A stretch of DNA of 54,754 nt, taken from a virus (Duplodnaviria; Caudoviricetes). Every line of letters starts with the position of its first letter. The stretch's first letter is position 1. A program made the translations under genes and the position numbers. The stretch lies in IMG/VR virus record IMGVR_UViG_3300020202_000088, positions 1 to 54,754 of that record; one strand, written 5' to 3'. The notes beneath the pieces were generated by a model that was not told the DNA's origin, did not search any database, and saw only the letters and a list, made by a program, of their open reading frames with translations. This document shows positions 36,721-46,551 of this stretch, in pieces.

Positions 36721-37038
36721 TTATGTTCCCGAAACATCGCTCGCCTCCACGGGCTCCGTAAGAAGAATCCAGCGCACGCCGTGCCCCCGGCCGTTGTAGC
36801 GCACGTCGTTCTCCACGACCTTGCCGTTCGGCAGCGTCTCGCCCGAGAGCCAGACGTTCTTGGTGTAGCCGCGGGCGGCGAGCCCCATGCGCTCAAGCTT
36901 CTTGAGATCGGCCTGGGTAAGGCCCAGCTGTGCGAAGTAGGCTTCGGTGAAGCCGTTGCGGCTGCCAGTCTGGTTCGCCGGGCAGACGATGTTGTTGTCG
37001 GTCTCAAGCGCCTTGGCGACGCGTTCACGCAGGCTCAT
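36721..37038 (-). CDS. Hypothetical protein
   Basis: 105 aa in a coupled minus-strand operon. Confidence 0.55.
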   Translation of the reverse strand: MSLRERVAKALETDNNIVCPANQTGSRNGFTEAYFAQLGLTQADLKKLERMGLAARGYTKNVWLSGETLPNGKVVENDVRYNGRGHGVRWILLTEPVEASDVSGT

Positions 37039-37473
37039 ACGCAGCTGTCCTTTCGGTCGATGCCAAAGAGCGAGTGGCTCGAATCGCCTAAGGCCCGCGC
37101 CAGTTCCTCAGCGAGGGCGACTTCAAGCAGATTGCCGTATGAAAACCCAGGTACGGCCTTACGCGCGATTTCCTGCGCCCACGGAGACGGCTCGAGCTTG
37201 GTGTCCCGAACCTCCTTCGTGGTCTTGCGCAGGACCTCGATATCCTCGTTGCACTTGGGGCAGCGCTCGTAGCTCGAGGTGAACAACCAGGCCGTCTCGG
37301 ACTTGGTCCAGCACACCGGGCAGTACTTCGGCTCCGCGTTCATGCGTGCTCCCGGCAGATGTAGCACGCGGCCGCAGACAGCGAGACCCAGAACAGGCCC
37401 CACACGCTCGGGGCGATAGTGAACGCAGCCGCGTTCAGCCCCAGGCAGGCGAGGTTCAGGTAGTAGATAAAGC

Positions 37474-37899
37474 TCATTTGTCCTCCACTTCGACGGTGAT
37501 GTCCTTGACCGCGGGCACGTTGGCTCCCGGCAGGACGATTTGAAGCGGCGCCATTCCCTTGTCCTCCGCTTGGTCTTGCAGCTTCTTGAGGCCGATGGTC
37601 TCGGCCCACAGGCGCACGCCCTCGATCTTCCCTTCCTCGAGGTTCTTCTGCAGGGCTGCGAGCGCGAGCGCCGTCATCTCCGAGGCGCGCTCCACGAAGT
37701 CGCTGATAGCCTCCCGGCTCGCCTTGTCCGAGATCTCCTTCAGGTAAGCCTTGTAGGCTTCGCTACCGCGGATCTTGGAGACGCGGTAACGCGTGACCCC
37801 CAGCTCCTCAGCGATGCGCACCTCAGGCACGCCACAGCGGACGAGTGCCGCCACCTGCGCGACGAGCGCATCTTCCTCGGTCTTGGTCAGGTTGCTCAC
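37474..37899 (-). CDS. HTH protein, candidate terminase small subunit
   Basis: N-terminal HTH (IAEELGVTRYRVSKI), helical core and C-terminal PLQIVLPG beta strand, which is a TerS-like architecture. Confidence 0.5.
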   Translation of the reverse strand: MSNLTKTEEDALVAQVAALVRCGVPEVRIAEELGVTRYRVSKIRGSEAYKAYLKEISDKASREAISDFVERASEMTALALAALQKNLEEGKIEGVRLWAETIGLKKLQDQAEDKGMAPLQIVLPGANVPAVKDITVEVEDK

Positions 37900-38342
37900 A
37901 GCAGGCCCTCCCGGGCGCCCTTGGCGCGATAGATGTAGAGATTGATCTGGAGCGCGTCCGCGACGGGGAAGCGCTGGTGGGGGTACGCGGAGTCGAGCAG
38001 GTGCTGCGAGTGATGGTAGTAGCCCACCTCGAGCGACTCAGTGACCCGCAGGTAGAGACGCGTCTCGAGCGACACGTACTTGTATTGCGCGGCGTTCGTT
38101 TTGCTGTGGACGATGGAGTCCCAGCCGAAGTACCGCAGGATGTTCGTGCTGATCCCCAAGTCCAGCCCCTCCTTGGGCGTGGAGTCCACAAACAGCGGAT
38201 CGCGGCCAGACTCGTGGAAACGCCTGTAATCGAGGCGTACTTCATGGAGGTCTATCACGTGCCAGTTGTCCGCAAGCGTGGAGCTGGGGAGGAGCAGAGA
38301 GCCGAGTAGGGGAAGGGGGTAGGCAAGTCTGCTCCAATTCAT
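37896..38342 (-). CDS. Secreted / outer-membrane beta-rich protein
   Basis: Signal peptide ending STLA; alternating aromatic beta strands (LEVGYYHHSQH, LQINLYIY). Confidence 0.5.
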   Translation of the reverse strand: MNWSRLAYPLPLLGSLLLPSSTLADNWHVIDLHEVRLDYRRFHESGRDPLFVDSTPKEGLDLGISTNILRYFGWDSIVHSKTNAAQYKYVSLETRLYLRVTESLEVGYYHHSQHLLDSAYPHQRFPVADALQINLYIYRAKGAREGLL

Positions 38343-38612
38343 ACAATCAGTGTATTACACTATATTACATTTTGCAACATTATTTTACATAGGCATTGAC
38401 TCTATGCGAAAAATGTGATATAACTTGTGTGTACTATCGCTTACGACACGAGTAGCGGCGTGTTGTAGAGCAACTATGGCTCGTGCCGTATGCCGCCCTT
38501 GGCGGGCGTCACCGCGATGGTTTTTCTTTCTTTTTTACCCCCTTTTTCTTTCTTTTCCCTGTCAAGCAATACACAGTTGCGCTTCTGCACTTGATGTAAT
38601 ACACTCTTTTAC

Positions 38613-39107
38613 ATGGAACGCGATGCGTACGAGTCTGACTCTGTTGTGTTGATAAAACGGAACGCGCGTCGCAACGCCCACGGGACGTGGTACGGCTTGT
38701 ACCGATGCGGCTGCGGAACTGAGTTTGAAGCACGAACTACCAACGTCAACACTGGACGGACCCGGTCGTGCGGGTGCTTGCAGCGAACCCGCTCTGCAGA
38801 GACTCTGCGCAAGCTTCGCCTCCGCCACGGTAGGACTGGGACGCGATTGCACCGAATCTGGGTCGCTATGCGCAGGCGATGCGACTATCCCGCAGGCCAC
38901 AATTACGCCTACTACGGCGGTCGCGGAATCACTGTTTGCGCGCGCTGGCGGGACTCATTTGAGTCCTTTGCCGGAGACATGGGCGAGCCGCCCACCGAGC
39001 ACCACAGCATCGATCGCATAGATCCAGATGGAAACTACGAGCCAGGTAACTGCCGCTGGGCCACCCGCTCTGAACAGATGCGGAACACTCGGAGGTCTAA
39101 TGACTGA
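38613..39107 (+). CDS. HNH-type endonuclease
   Basis: CGCG...SCGC, YGGRGITVCARW and SIDRIDPDGNYEPGNCRWAT. Confidence 0.85.
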   Translation: MERDAYESDSVVLIKRNARRNAHGTWYGLYRCGCGTEFEARTTNVNTGRTRSCGCLQRTRSAETLRKLRLRHGRTGTRLHRIWVAMRRRCDYPAGHNYAYYGGRGITVCARWRDSFESFAGDMGEPPTEHHSIDRIDPDGNYEPGNCRWATRSEQMRNTRRSND

Positions 39108-39867
39108 GCCTTACGCCCCAGATGCATTTTGGATGTCGAAGCTGAGCGACTACCGTCGCTGTCCGCGGCTGTTCAAGCTGAAACACCTCGACAAGGTCAA
39201 AGTAGAGGCGCCACCAAGCGCCGACCAGGAGTTCGGGACTGCGATGCACCTGGGCTGCGAGGACATCCTGCGTGGGGGCGAAGGTATCCCGCTGTTCGCG
39301 ATGTACTGGGACACGCTAAAGGGCAAGGCGGCCGCCTACACGCGCCACGACTGGGAAAAGCTGCGCGAGATGGGCGAGGTCTTCCTGGCGCGCTTCAAGC
39401 GGCTGCACGCAAAGCACTTCGAACCCTTCAAGATCGAAGAGCGCATCCATGCGCAGCTTGGGCCCCACAAGTTCGAAGGCACGCCCGACTTCGTGGGCAG
39501 TTACAAAGGCAAGCGCAGCATCGTGGACTTCAAGACCGCGGGCTTCAAGTACGACAAGTCCAAGATCATCTGCGACGAGCAGATGCCGACCTACGCCGCG
39601 CTTGTGAAGCAGGAGTACGGCTACGACGTCGAGCAGGTCGTCTACATCGTGTTCGTGAAGTCGCCCACCGACCCGAGCATCCAGACGCTCGTTCTGCCCT
39701 TGACGTCTGGTGTAATACAGTGTACTATAGATAACGTAATTGAGACTTGCGATGATCTCGTGGCCCGCAAGTCCTTCCCCCGAAACCCCGGGGGCTGCCT
39801 GTTCGGGCAGACGCGGTGTGCGATGTGGGACCTGTGCCACGGTAAGGAGTCGAACAATGAATCTTGA
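39100..39867 (+). CDS. PD-(D/E)XK RecB/Cas4-like exonuclease
   Basis: CPR, GTAMH, GTPD, IVDFKT, QMPTY and C-terminal cysteines. Confidence 0.85.
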   Translation: MTEPYAPDAFWMSKLSDYRRCPRLFKLKHLDKVKVEAPPSADQEFGTAMHLGCEDILRGGEGIPLFAMYWDTLKGKAAAYTRHDWEKLREMGEVFLARFKRLHAKHFEPFKIEERIHAQLGPHKFEGTPDFVGSYKGKRSIVDFKTAGFKYDKSKIICDEQMPTYAALVKQEYGYDVEQVVYIVFVKSPTDPSIQTLVLPLTSGVIQCTIDNVIETCDDLVARKSFPRNPGGCLFGQTRCAMWDLCHGKESNNES

Positions 39868-40606
39868 GGAACTGCGGAAGAAGCTAGACGAGAAGATCCC
39901 GCGCGACGTCATCTCGCTGCGCGACGGTGGCGGCAATCGCAAGCTCAGCTACCTCGAAGGCTGGTACGTCATCGACCGCCTCAACCAGGTCCTGGGTCAG
40001 GGCAACTGGGCCTACGTCACCGAGGAGATGCGCCTGGTGCACGAGGGCGAGGGCCCGAAGGGCGGCTTCGTGGCGCACTACATCGCGCGCGTGCGGCTCG
40101 AGGTGCCCGGTCTCGGCCACTGCATCTTCGTGGACTACGGCTACGGCGACGGCAGCGACAAGTTCTCGCCCGGCAAGGCGCACGAGCTGGCCGTGAAGGA
40201 GGCTGTGACGGACGCGGTCAAGCGCTGCGCCAAGAACCTGGGCATGAGCATGGGGCTCGCGCTCTACGACAAGACTCAGGAGAACGTGGATGATGGAGAA
40301 GCTGAACCCGCCCCTGCTCCCAGGGCCGTGGCCCAAGCCGCTCCAAAGCCTGCCCCCATCGGCAAAGCAGCACCCGTTCAAGCAGCGGTTCCAAGCAGCG
40401 CTGTCTCGGAAGCGGCGCCAGAAGACCGGGACCAGCTCAACCAAATGATTTCGAGCATGGCGAAAGTTGCAATGGCCAAGAAGCTCACTACGGCCAACGA
40501 GTTGCGGAAGCAGATGAAGGACAAGTGGGGCAAGGACGCAAAGGAAGACCTAACCGACGCGGAAGCCAAGCAGCTTTACGCTGAACTGAGAGGGATGATC
40601 GCATGA
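39857..40606 (+). CDS. sak: Rad52/22-family ssDNA annealing protein
   Basis: LSYLEGWYVIDRLNQVLG...W and KEAVTDAVKRCA...GLALYDK. Confidence 0.9.
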   Translation: MNLEELRKKLDEKIPRDVISLRDGGGNRKLSYLEGWYVIDRLNQVLGQGNWAYVTEEMRLVHEGEGPKGGFVAHYIARVRLEVPGLGHCIFVDYGYGDGSDKFSPGKAHELAVKEAVTDAVKRCAKNLGMSMGLALYDKTQENVDDGEAEPAPAPRAVAQAAPKPAPIGKAAPVQAAVPSSAVSEAAPEDRDQLNQMISSMAKVAMAKKLTTANELRKQMKDKWGKDAKEDLTDAEAKQLYAELRGMIA

Positions 40607-40869
40607 ACAAGGGCAAGACGAACACGAAGACGACCGGCGGCAAGAAAGAGTACAACCCCAGCATCGGCTTCTGGCCGACCAAGAGCGGCAACGGCTTCTC
40701 TGTCGCCGTGACGGCCGAGCTGCTCGCCACGCTGAACAAGGCCCAGGAGGGCGGCCGCCTGTACTTGCAGGAAGTGCCTGAGGACGTGCGCGCCGAGAAC
40801 GACCGCATCCCGACCTACCGCGTGACGATCTTCCCGCCCGCCGAGCAGACCGCGAACGATTCGATCTAA
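40603..40869 (+). CDS. Small putative ssDNA-binding protein
   Basis: 88 aa directly after the Rad52-like gene; IGFW...PTYRV pattern. Confidence 0.5.
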   Translation: MNKGKTNTKTTGGKKEYNPSIGFWPTKSGNGFSVAVTAELLATLNKAQEGGRLYLQEVPEDVRAENDRIPTYRVTIFPPAEQTANDSI

Positions 40870-40886
40870 GCAGTACGTTGGTTCTG

Positions 40887-40925
40887 GGCCCCGCTGGCAT
40901 CGACTCCTGTTAGCGGGGCCTTTTT
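40887..40925 (+). terminator. Rho-independent terminator
   Basis: GGCCCCGCT...AGCGGGGCC followed by TTTTT. Confidence 0.8.
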
Positions 40926-40942
40926 ACGTCTAGGGGGACAGC

Positions 40943-42739
40943 GTGCGCTTCAAGTACCTAGAGACCGTCGACGAGATCCACGACCTCATCGCTTGGCATA
41001 ACCGGCACTCGGACTTCGTGGTGCTGGACTTCGAAACCACGTCGAAGAACCCTCGCGAAGCCAAGCTCCTGGATATCCAGATGAGCGGCCGCGACGAGGA
41101 CGAGGCCGTCATGTTCTCGGGCGAGCACCTGCTCTGCCTGACGGTGCTGGAGTCCCTGCAGGTCTTCCACAACTTTAAGTACGACTGGAAGGTCGCCGCC
41201 CTGCACGGCGTGGACCTCAGCGACAAACCCGTGCGGGACACGATGCTCCTGCACCATCTGGCCGACGAGAACGTGGAGCACGGGCTCGACGCCATTATCC
41301 AGGGGGCACATGGGGACGATTATAAGAGTCGATTTTGGGAAACGTACGCGAGTTACGCCGACGCCCCTCGCGACGCCCAGCTTGACTACGGCTGCCGCGA
41401 CATCGTTTACACGCGCCGTCTTTACGGAGAAGTATGTCGCCGTCTTCAAGCAGACGGGGTCCCAGAAGCCCTCGTTGAGCATACGCATCGCCTTGCGCTC
41501 GCCCTCTACCGCACCGAGCTTGCCGGGATCCGAGTCGACCTAGACTACACGATCGAGATGGGCTCCGCCCTGAAGGCCGACATCACGCGCACGGAGCGCG
41601 AGCTGCGGGAGATGGGGGGCTACCACTGCGAGAACCTGGAGCTGCAGGCGTGGGCCAAGGAGATCGAGAAGGTCTGGACCCCGAAGGGCAAGAAGTGGAA
41701 GACGCTGCCCAAGCCAGAGTTTAACTTCGGGGCCTCGGGCCAGGTGGCGGCCCTGCTGTACGACGAGCTTGGGCTCCCGGAGCAGGTGGACAAGAAGACC
41801 AAACGGCGCACGGCGGACGACAAGGCGCTTGAGGCCGTGGAGCACCGCCACCCCATCGTGCCCAAGATTCGCGAGCTGCGGAAGTTCTCGAAGATGTACG
41901 GCGCCTTCATCGAAGGCGTGCTGGGCAAGGTGCAGGCAGGCCGCATCTACCCGTCCTTCAACGTCAACGGCACGGTCACCGGGCGCATCAGCCACAGCGA
42001 GCCCAACATGGGGCAGATGCCTTCCAAGGGCGACTGGGCGAAGATCCGCGGCATTTTCATCCCCGAGGCAGGCAACAAGGTCCTGACCTGCGACTACGGG
42101 CAGCTCGAGGTCTGCATCGCGGCCCACTTCAGCATGGACGAGAACCTGCTCCGCATCATCCACGAGGGGGCAAGCCAGCACGACATCACGGCGCAGGGCC
42201 TGGGCATCGAACGCAGCAAGGCCAAGACCGTGAACTTCTCCATGCAGTACGGGTGCACGGAGTTCAAGATCGCTGAGATCTTGGGCTGCAGCGTGCCTGA
42301 GGGCAAGGACGCCATCCGCAAGTACTGGGAGACCTACGCGGGCTTGAAGCGCTTCGTGGACTGGTGCCACAAGGAGCTGGAGGAGGGGAGGCCCATCGCC
42401 AACCCCTTTGGGCGCCTGCGGCGCTTCCCCAAGGAGTACCAGAACCGCTGGGAGCTTGAGGCCGCAAAGCGCCAGGTGTTCTCCTCTCTGATCCAGGGCA
42501 CGGGGGCCGATATGACGAGCAGGGCCTTCTACCTGATCGACTCGCAGTTGCGCGAGCGGGGCTGGGGTCGGGGCTGGTTCACGGTGCACGACGAGTGTCT
42601 AGCGGAGGTGAGCGCCGAGCACGCGGAGGAGGCCCGGGAGCTGCTCCAGGCGACGATGCTCGGCATCGGCGAGGAGATCGAGCTTCGGGTGCCGCTGAAG
42701 GTCGAATGCAGCCAACCGCTTGACCGTTGGCAGAAATAA
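40943..42739 (+). CDS. polA: Family A DNA polymerase with 3'-5' exonuclease
   Basis: LDFET exo I, TGRISHSEPN, DYGQLE (motif A), RSKAKTVNFSMQYG (motif B), VHDE (motif C). Confidence 0.95.
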   Translation: MRFKYLETVDEIHDLIAWHNRHSDFVVLDFETTSKNPREAKLLDIQMSGRDEDEAVMFSGEHLLCLTVLESLQVFHNFKYDWKVAALHGVDLSDKPVRDTMLLHHLADENVEHGLDAIIQGAHGDDYKSRFWETYASYADAPRDAQLDYGCRDIVYTRRLYGEVCRRLQADGVPEALVEHTHRLALALYRTELAGIRVDLDYTIEMGSALKADITRTERELREMGGYHCENLELQAWAKEIEKVWTPKGKKWKTLPKPEFNFGASGQVAALLYDELGLPEQVDKKTKRRTADDKALEAVEHRHPIVPKIRELRKFSKMYGAFIEGVLGKVQAGRIYPSFNVNGTVTGRISHSEPNMGQMPSKGDWAKIRGIFIPEAGNKVLTCDYGQLEVCIAAHFSMDENLLRIIHEGASQHDITAQGLGIERSKAKTVNFSMQYGCTEFKIAEILGCSVPEGKDAIRKYWETYAGLKRFVDWCHKELEEGRPIANPFGRLRRFPKEYQNRWELEAAKRQVFSSLIQGTGADMTSRAFYLIDSQLRERGWGRGWFTVHDECLAEVSAEHAEEARELLQATMLGIGEEIELRVPLKVECSQPLDRWQK

Positions 42740-42792
42740 AAAATTTGCGCACCTCAGTGTAATACACTATAATACACATAGGGAGGGACAAT

Positions 42793-43005
42793 ATGCCGTT
42801 ACGCGAATACCTGTGCCGGGGCTGTGGCCACACCTGGGAGGAGCTGATCCGCAGTTCCGCCGACTTGCCCGAGAAGTGCCCGCACTGCGACACCCGGCAA
42901 ATCGAACAGCTTATCTCCACCTACGGTGGTTACCAGGGCAACTTCAGCACAGCGTCGACCCGCCCGCGGCACTCAGGCGCCTTCGCCGGACGGAGGAAGT
43001 CATGA
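42793..43005 (+). CDS. FmdB-like zinc ribbon protein
   Basis: MPLREYLCRGCGH...CPHC. Confidence 0.8.
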   Translation: MPLREYLCRGCGHTWEELIRSSADLPEKCPHCDTRQIEQLISTYGGYQGNFSTASTRPRHSGAFAGRRKS

Positions 43006-43289
43006 AGAAGAAGTTCCGTATCGGACAGACGGTCAAGCCGACGCGTGCGTGCATTCGCTGGTATGCCGACAATCTCGTCGAAGTCCACCAACGGCCCGAT
43101 GGGGGCATGGACGACGGCTTTCTCTCGTGCGCCGCGCTCTGGTGGGGCGCAGAGCGGGGGCACCGAATTCGCGGGAAGGTTACCGGCTTCGGCACTGACG
43201 GGGCCGTCAAGGTTCGTATGAATAGCTCGCTTGCGTCCTACGAGCACTATTTTGATCCGAAGGACCTACACCGGCTGGTGTGGAAGTGA
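43002..43289 (+). CDS. Hypothetical protein
   Basis: GGAGG RBS and start MKKKFRIGQTV. Confidence 0.55.
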   Translation: MKKKFRIGQTVKPTRACIRWYADNLVEVHQRPDGGMDDGFLSCAALWWGAERGHRIRGKVTGFGTDGAVKVRMNSSLASYEHYFDPKDLHRLVWK

Positions 43290-43627
43290 CGACGGCAGCC
43301 TTCCTGACCCTGCTCGCCGCTATCTGCACCGTCGAGAGCAACAACCGCAACCTGATCAACATCGATGACGGGGGCTCCGCGAGCTACGGCCAGTGCCAGG
43401 TGAAGCTGCGAACTGCGCGCCACGTGGGCTACCACGGCAGTGTCGTGCAGCTCTGGAAGAACCCGGTCGTCAACCGCATGGTTGCGGGCCGCTACTTGGC
43501 CGAGCAACTGCGGCGCTACCGCGGGGACGTGAGGAAGGCTGTGAGCGCCTACAACGCCGGGCGGGCCGTAGGTAGCAACGGGAAGTACGTGGACAAGGTC
43601 CTGAGCATTTGGAGGGGAAATGACTAA
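43280..43627 (+). CDS. Lytic transglycosylase (SLT)
   Basis: VES catalytic E, SYGQCQV, AVSAYNAG and YVDKV. Confidence 0.85.
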   Translation: MEVTTAAFLTLLAAICTVESNNRNLINIDDGGSASYGQCQVKLRTARHVGYHGSVVQLWKNPVVNRMVAGRYLAEQLRRYRGDVRKAVSAYNAGRAVGSNGKYVDKVLSIWRGND

Positions 43628-44579
43628 GCTTCACGACATCAAGAAAGAGATCCTGGCCAAGGCCGACGCGGGCGAGATCACGCCGCAGCAAGCGGTGCAG
43701 GAGTTCGAACGCCGGGTAATGCCGGGCCGCACCTACCAGCCCAAGGACAAGAACGAACGCCTGAAGCAGTACGCGACCGACAAGGAGCTGCGCCTGCGCG
43801 CGCGGCAGTCGTCGGTGCCCTTCATCAGCGCCGAGTTCAACGGCCTCTTCAAACTGAGCCAGGGCCTCGTGCTCGTGGGCGGCGTGTCCGGCCAGGGCAA
43901 GTCCACCACGGCGGCCAACATCGTCGCGGGCTTCCTCGCCAACTCGGACGACAAGAAGAAGGCCATCGTCATCACCAACGAGGAGACGAGCGAAGCGGTC
44001 ATCAATCGCGTCGCCTGCATCCAGCTCGGCTACAGCTTCTTTGAGCTGCAGAAGGGGCGCATGCTCGCGGACAAGCTCAACGAGGTCGAGGACCAGGCGA
44101 AGCTCCTTACCGACCGCGTGATTGTCGAGGCGGGCGACTCGGTCTACGAGATGAACTACGTCGAGGACGTGATCGGGGCACTCGAGTACGCAGCCGCCGA
44201 GCGCAACGTCGGCCTGATCATGCTCGACTACTTCCAGACGGTTAACGCGAGCCGCGAGAACCCCGAGGACTCGCCCTACAGCGTGCTCAAGCGCCTGGGC
44301 TTTTACCTGAAGGAGTACGGCCGCAAAGCCCCCGTGCCGGTCGTCTGCTTCGCGCAGCTCAAGAACAAGAGCGAGGAGCAGCACTTCAAGGAGCGCGTGG
44401 AGGGCGATCGCACCATCTACAACCACGCCTTCACCTGCGTGGAGATCGTGCCCGACTTCAAGACCTGCATCACCAAGTTCATCGTGCACAAGGACCGCTT
44501 CGGCTTCGGCCAGGGCAAGGAGATCGAGATGGAGTACGTAGATGGCCGTTACCAGCCTGTGGGCGGGGGGAGCATCTAA
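43620..44579 (+). CDS. DnaB-like SF4 helicase
   Basis: GVSGQGKST, IMLDYFQ, FAQL and KDRFG. Confidence 0.88.
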   Translation: MTKLHDIKKEILAKADAGEITPQQAVQEFERRVMPGRTYQPKDKNERLKQYATDKELRLRARQSSVPFISAEFNGLFKLSQGLVLVGGVSGQGKSTTAANIVAGFLANSDDKKKAIVITNEETSEAVINRVACIQLGYSFFELQKGRMLADKLNEVEDQAKLLTDRVIVEAGDSVYEMNYVEDVIGALEYAAAERNVGLIMLDYFQTVNASRENPEDSPYSVLKRLGFYLKEYGRKAPVPVVCFAQLKNKSEEQHFKERVEGDRTIYNHAFTCVEIVPDFKTCITKFIVHKDRFGFGQGKEIEMEYVDGRYQPVGGGSI

Positions 44580-45003
44580 TGCACAAAAATGGGGACGAAG
44601 TGCCGGTGTTTGGTTGGGCGCGATGCCACTCCAGCTTGAGCCCTGAGGAGGAGCCAACCTTCGAGTGGTTTGCCGGACGTACTATGCAGGTAATTGATGT
44701 GAACGGATCTGGCAGGGTGCTCCGAGATACGATTACTGGCAAAGTGTACGACGTTCACTGCCTGCAAACGAGGTCGCCCTCCGACGCTTTTTCGCACCCC
44801 CATTCCACAGCCTCCTCTGTGAACGCAATCATTGCCCAGATTCTTCGGCATCCGGTTACGGCAGGGAATCAGAAGTACATCAATGAGGTCCAGAATTTCG
44901 GGCGGATCTACGGATATGTAACTCGAGCGCACCTGGACGCCCTTGAGCGCCTGCTGGAGCAGGTCCGACAGAGAATTCCGTACGCTGACGGGGAGGCCAG
45001 CTA

Positions 45004-45480
45004 ATGGGTAAGTCACAACGCGACAAAGGCAAGCGAGGCGAATACGCGCTCCGTGACGCGCTTAGGCTGCAGGGCTGGACGGCGGACCGAGTGCCGTCGA
45101 GCGGTGCGGCCCAGGGTTTCAAGGGCGACGTGGCGGCGACGCACCCGAAGTACGGCCGCAAGCTCTTTGAGCTGAAGTGCCGCAAGGACACGTTCAAGAA
45201 CATCTACGCGCTCTACGATGCCCACTGCCGCAAGGCGCAGGACGACCTGCTCGCAATTGCGGTGCCGGGGGCGGAGGCTCTCTGCCTGTCGGTCTCGAGC
45301 AGCCTTGAGGCAGTGATGGACGGGGCAGACGTGCACGTGCTGGTCACGAACCATCCGCTCTACGCGGACTACAAGCGGACGTTCAAGAAGATCGAGAATC
45401 TCGAGAAGCTCCTGGGCGAGTGCGAGATCTTGGTCATCAAGGATGACCGCAAGCCCTTCCTCTACCTGAGGTGGCTGTGA
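45004..45480 (+). CDS. Holliday junction resolvase (Hjc-like)
   Basis: KGKRGE...RVPSSGA...GDV...ELK. Confidence 0.75.
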   Translation: MGKSQRDKGKRGEYALRDALRLQGWTADRVPSSGAAQGFKGDVAATHPKYGRKLFELKCRKDTFKNIYALYDAHCRKAQDDLLAIAVPGAEALCLSVSSSLEAVMDGADVHVLVTNHPLYADYKRTFKKIENLEKLLGECEILVIKDDRKPFLYLRWL

Positions 45481-46211
45481 AGATCTGCTGTCCGTTCCAC
45501 CAGGAGGACACCCCCTCCTGCCACGTGTACCACGACGGGTACCACTGCTTCGGCTGTGGGGCGCACGGGCCGCTATCGGACCTGAAGGGCAGGGTGGACG
45601 TGAAGGCCCCGCCCAAGCACACGGAGCCAGAGGACCTGGGCCCGTGGCGGCAGTACCTGGCCAAGCTCCCGCTGCGGCAGGTGAGGGGGCTTTCGCTACC
45701 CTGTGACAATCGCAGCTACTTCATCGTATGGCCGGGCACCCAGTTCTTCAAGCGGCGCTTCTTCGAGCCCGGTAAGGGCCCCAAGTACGTCGGTCCCCGG
45801 GGCCACCAGCCACCCCTGTTCTGGGTACGGCGGGAGGGAGCCATCTTGGTCATCGTGGAGGGCGAGCTGAATGCGCTCAGCGTGGCGGCCGCGTTGCCTG
45901 AGGCCGCAGTCTGCTCCCCGGGTTCAGCAAGCAACTTCTCGCCTGCTTTCTTACGAAAAGAGTTGTGTAATACAGTGTATTACACTAAAATATGTATTAT
46001 CGCTGACGCGGACAACCCTGGGGCGGAGGCGGTGATGAACGCAAAGGGATTCTTCAACGCCTTCGGGAGGGACGTGCAGTGGAAGCTCATGTCGCCCGAT
46101 GCCAACGACGTACTGGTGGAACTTGGCGCCGAAACACTCCGAGAACAGCTCAAAGATGTACTGGCAACGGCGCTGGAAGCGCGGTCTGGCGAGGGGCAGG
46201 TGCCCGCTTGA
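45471..46211 (+). CDS. DNA primase (CHC2 zinc finger plus TOPRIM)
   Basis: CPFHQEDTPSC...CFGC, IVEGE, DAD and DAND. Confidence 0.88.
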   Translation: MAVKICCPFHQEDTPSCHVYHDGYHCFGCGAHGPLSDLKGRVDVKAPPKHTEPEDLGPWRQYLAKLPLRQVRGLSLPCDNRSYFIVWPGTQFFKRRFFEPGKGPKYVGPRGHQPPLFWVRREGAILVIVEGELNALSVAAALPEAAVCSPGSASNFSPAFLRKELCNTVYYTKICIIADADNPGAEAVMNAKGFFNAFGRDVQWKLMSPDANDVLVELGAETLREQLKDVLATALEARSGEGQVPA

Positions 46212-46551
46212 AGGCTGCGATATCAGCAGGAATACCTGCCAGCACGCGGACTGGTACCTGTCCTACGGGCCTCAGCACTTCGCGCCGGAGCTTCCGGTCA
46301 TGCTGAGCGACGACATTGAGTCCTACGGGGCGCCGGAGCGCGAGGCGACCTCAGAAGTCTGGGACCTATTCAAGAAGCTGCGCCGGTACGGCCTCGAGCG
46401 GGACCAAATCAGCATCCTGCTCCGCCGCTTCGTACTCGACATGACCATGCGGCAAATCTGCGCGGAGATGGGTTGGACGTCGATGCAGACGCTCTACCGC
46501 CGCTACCGCAAGGCTTTAGCCACGCTTAAAAAGAGGGGGTTCAGTAAATGA
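46156..46551 (+). CDS. Sigma70 region-4-like HTH protein (candidate late regulator)
   Basis: LERDQISILLRRFVLDMTMRQICAEMG...ALATLK; start uncertain. Confidence 0.6.
   Translation: MYWQRRWKRGLARGRCPLEGCDISRNTCQHADWYLSYGPQHFAPELPVMLSDDIESYGAPEREATSEVWDLFKKLRRYGLERDQISILLRRFVLDMTMRQICAEMGWTSMQTLYRRYRKALATLKKRGFSK

Noticed and set aside
39100-39867. CRISPR-Cas (Cas4) system
   Set aside because: No repeat-spacer array or other cas genes were seen; the context is the exonuclease/annealase recombination module.
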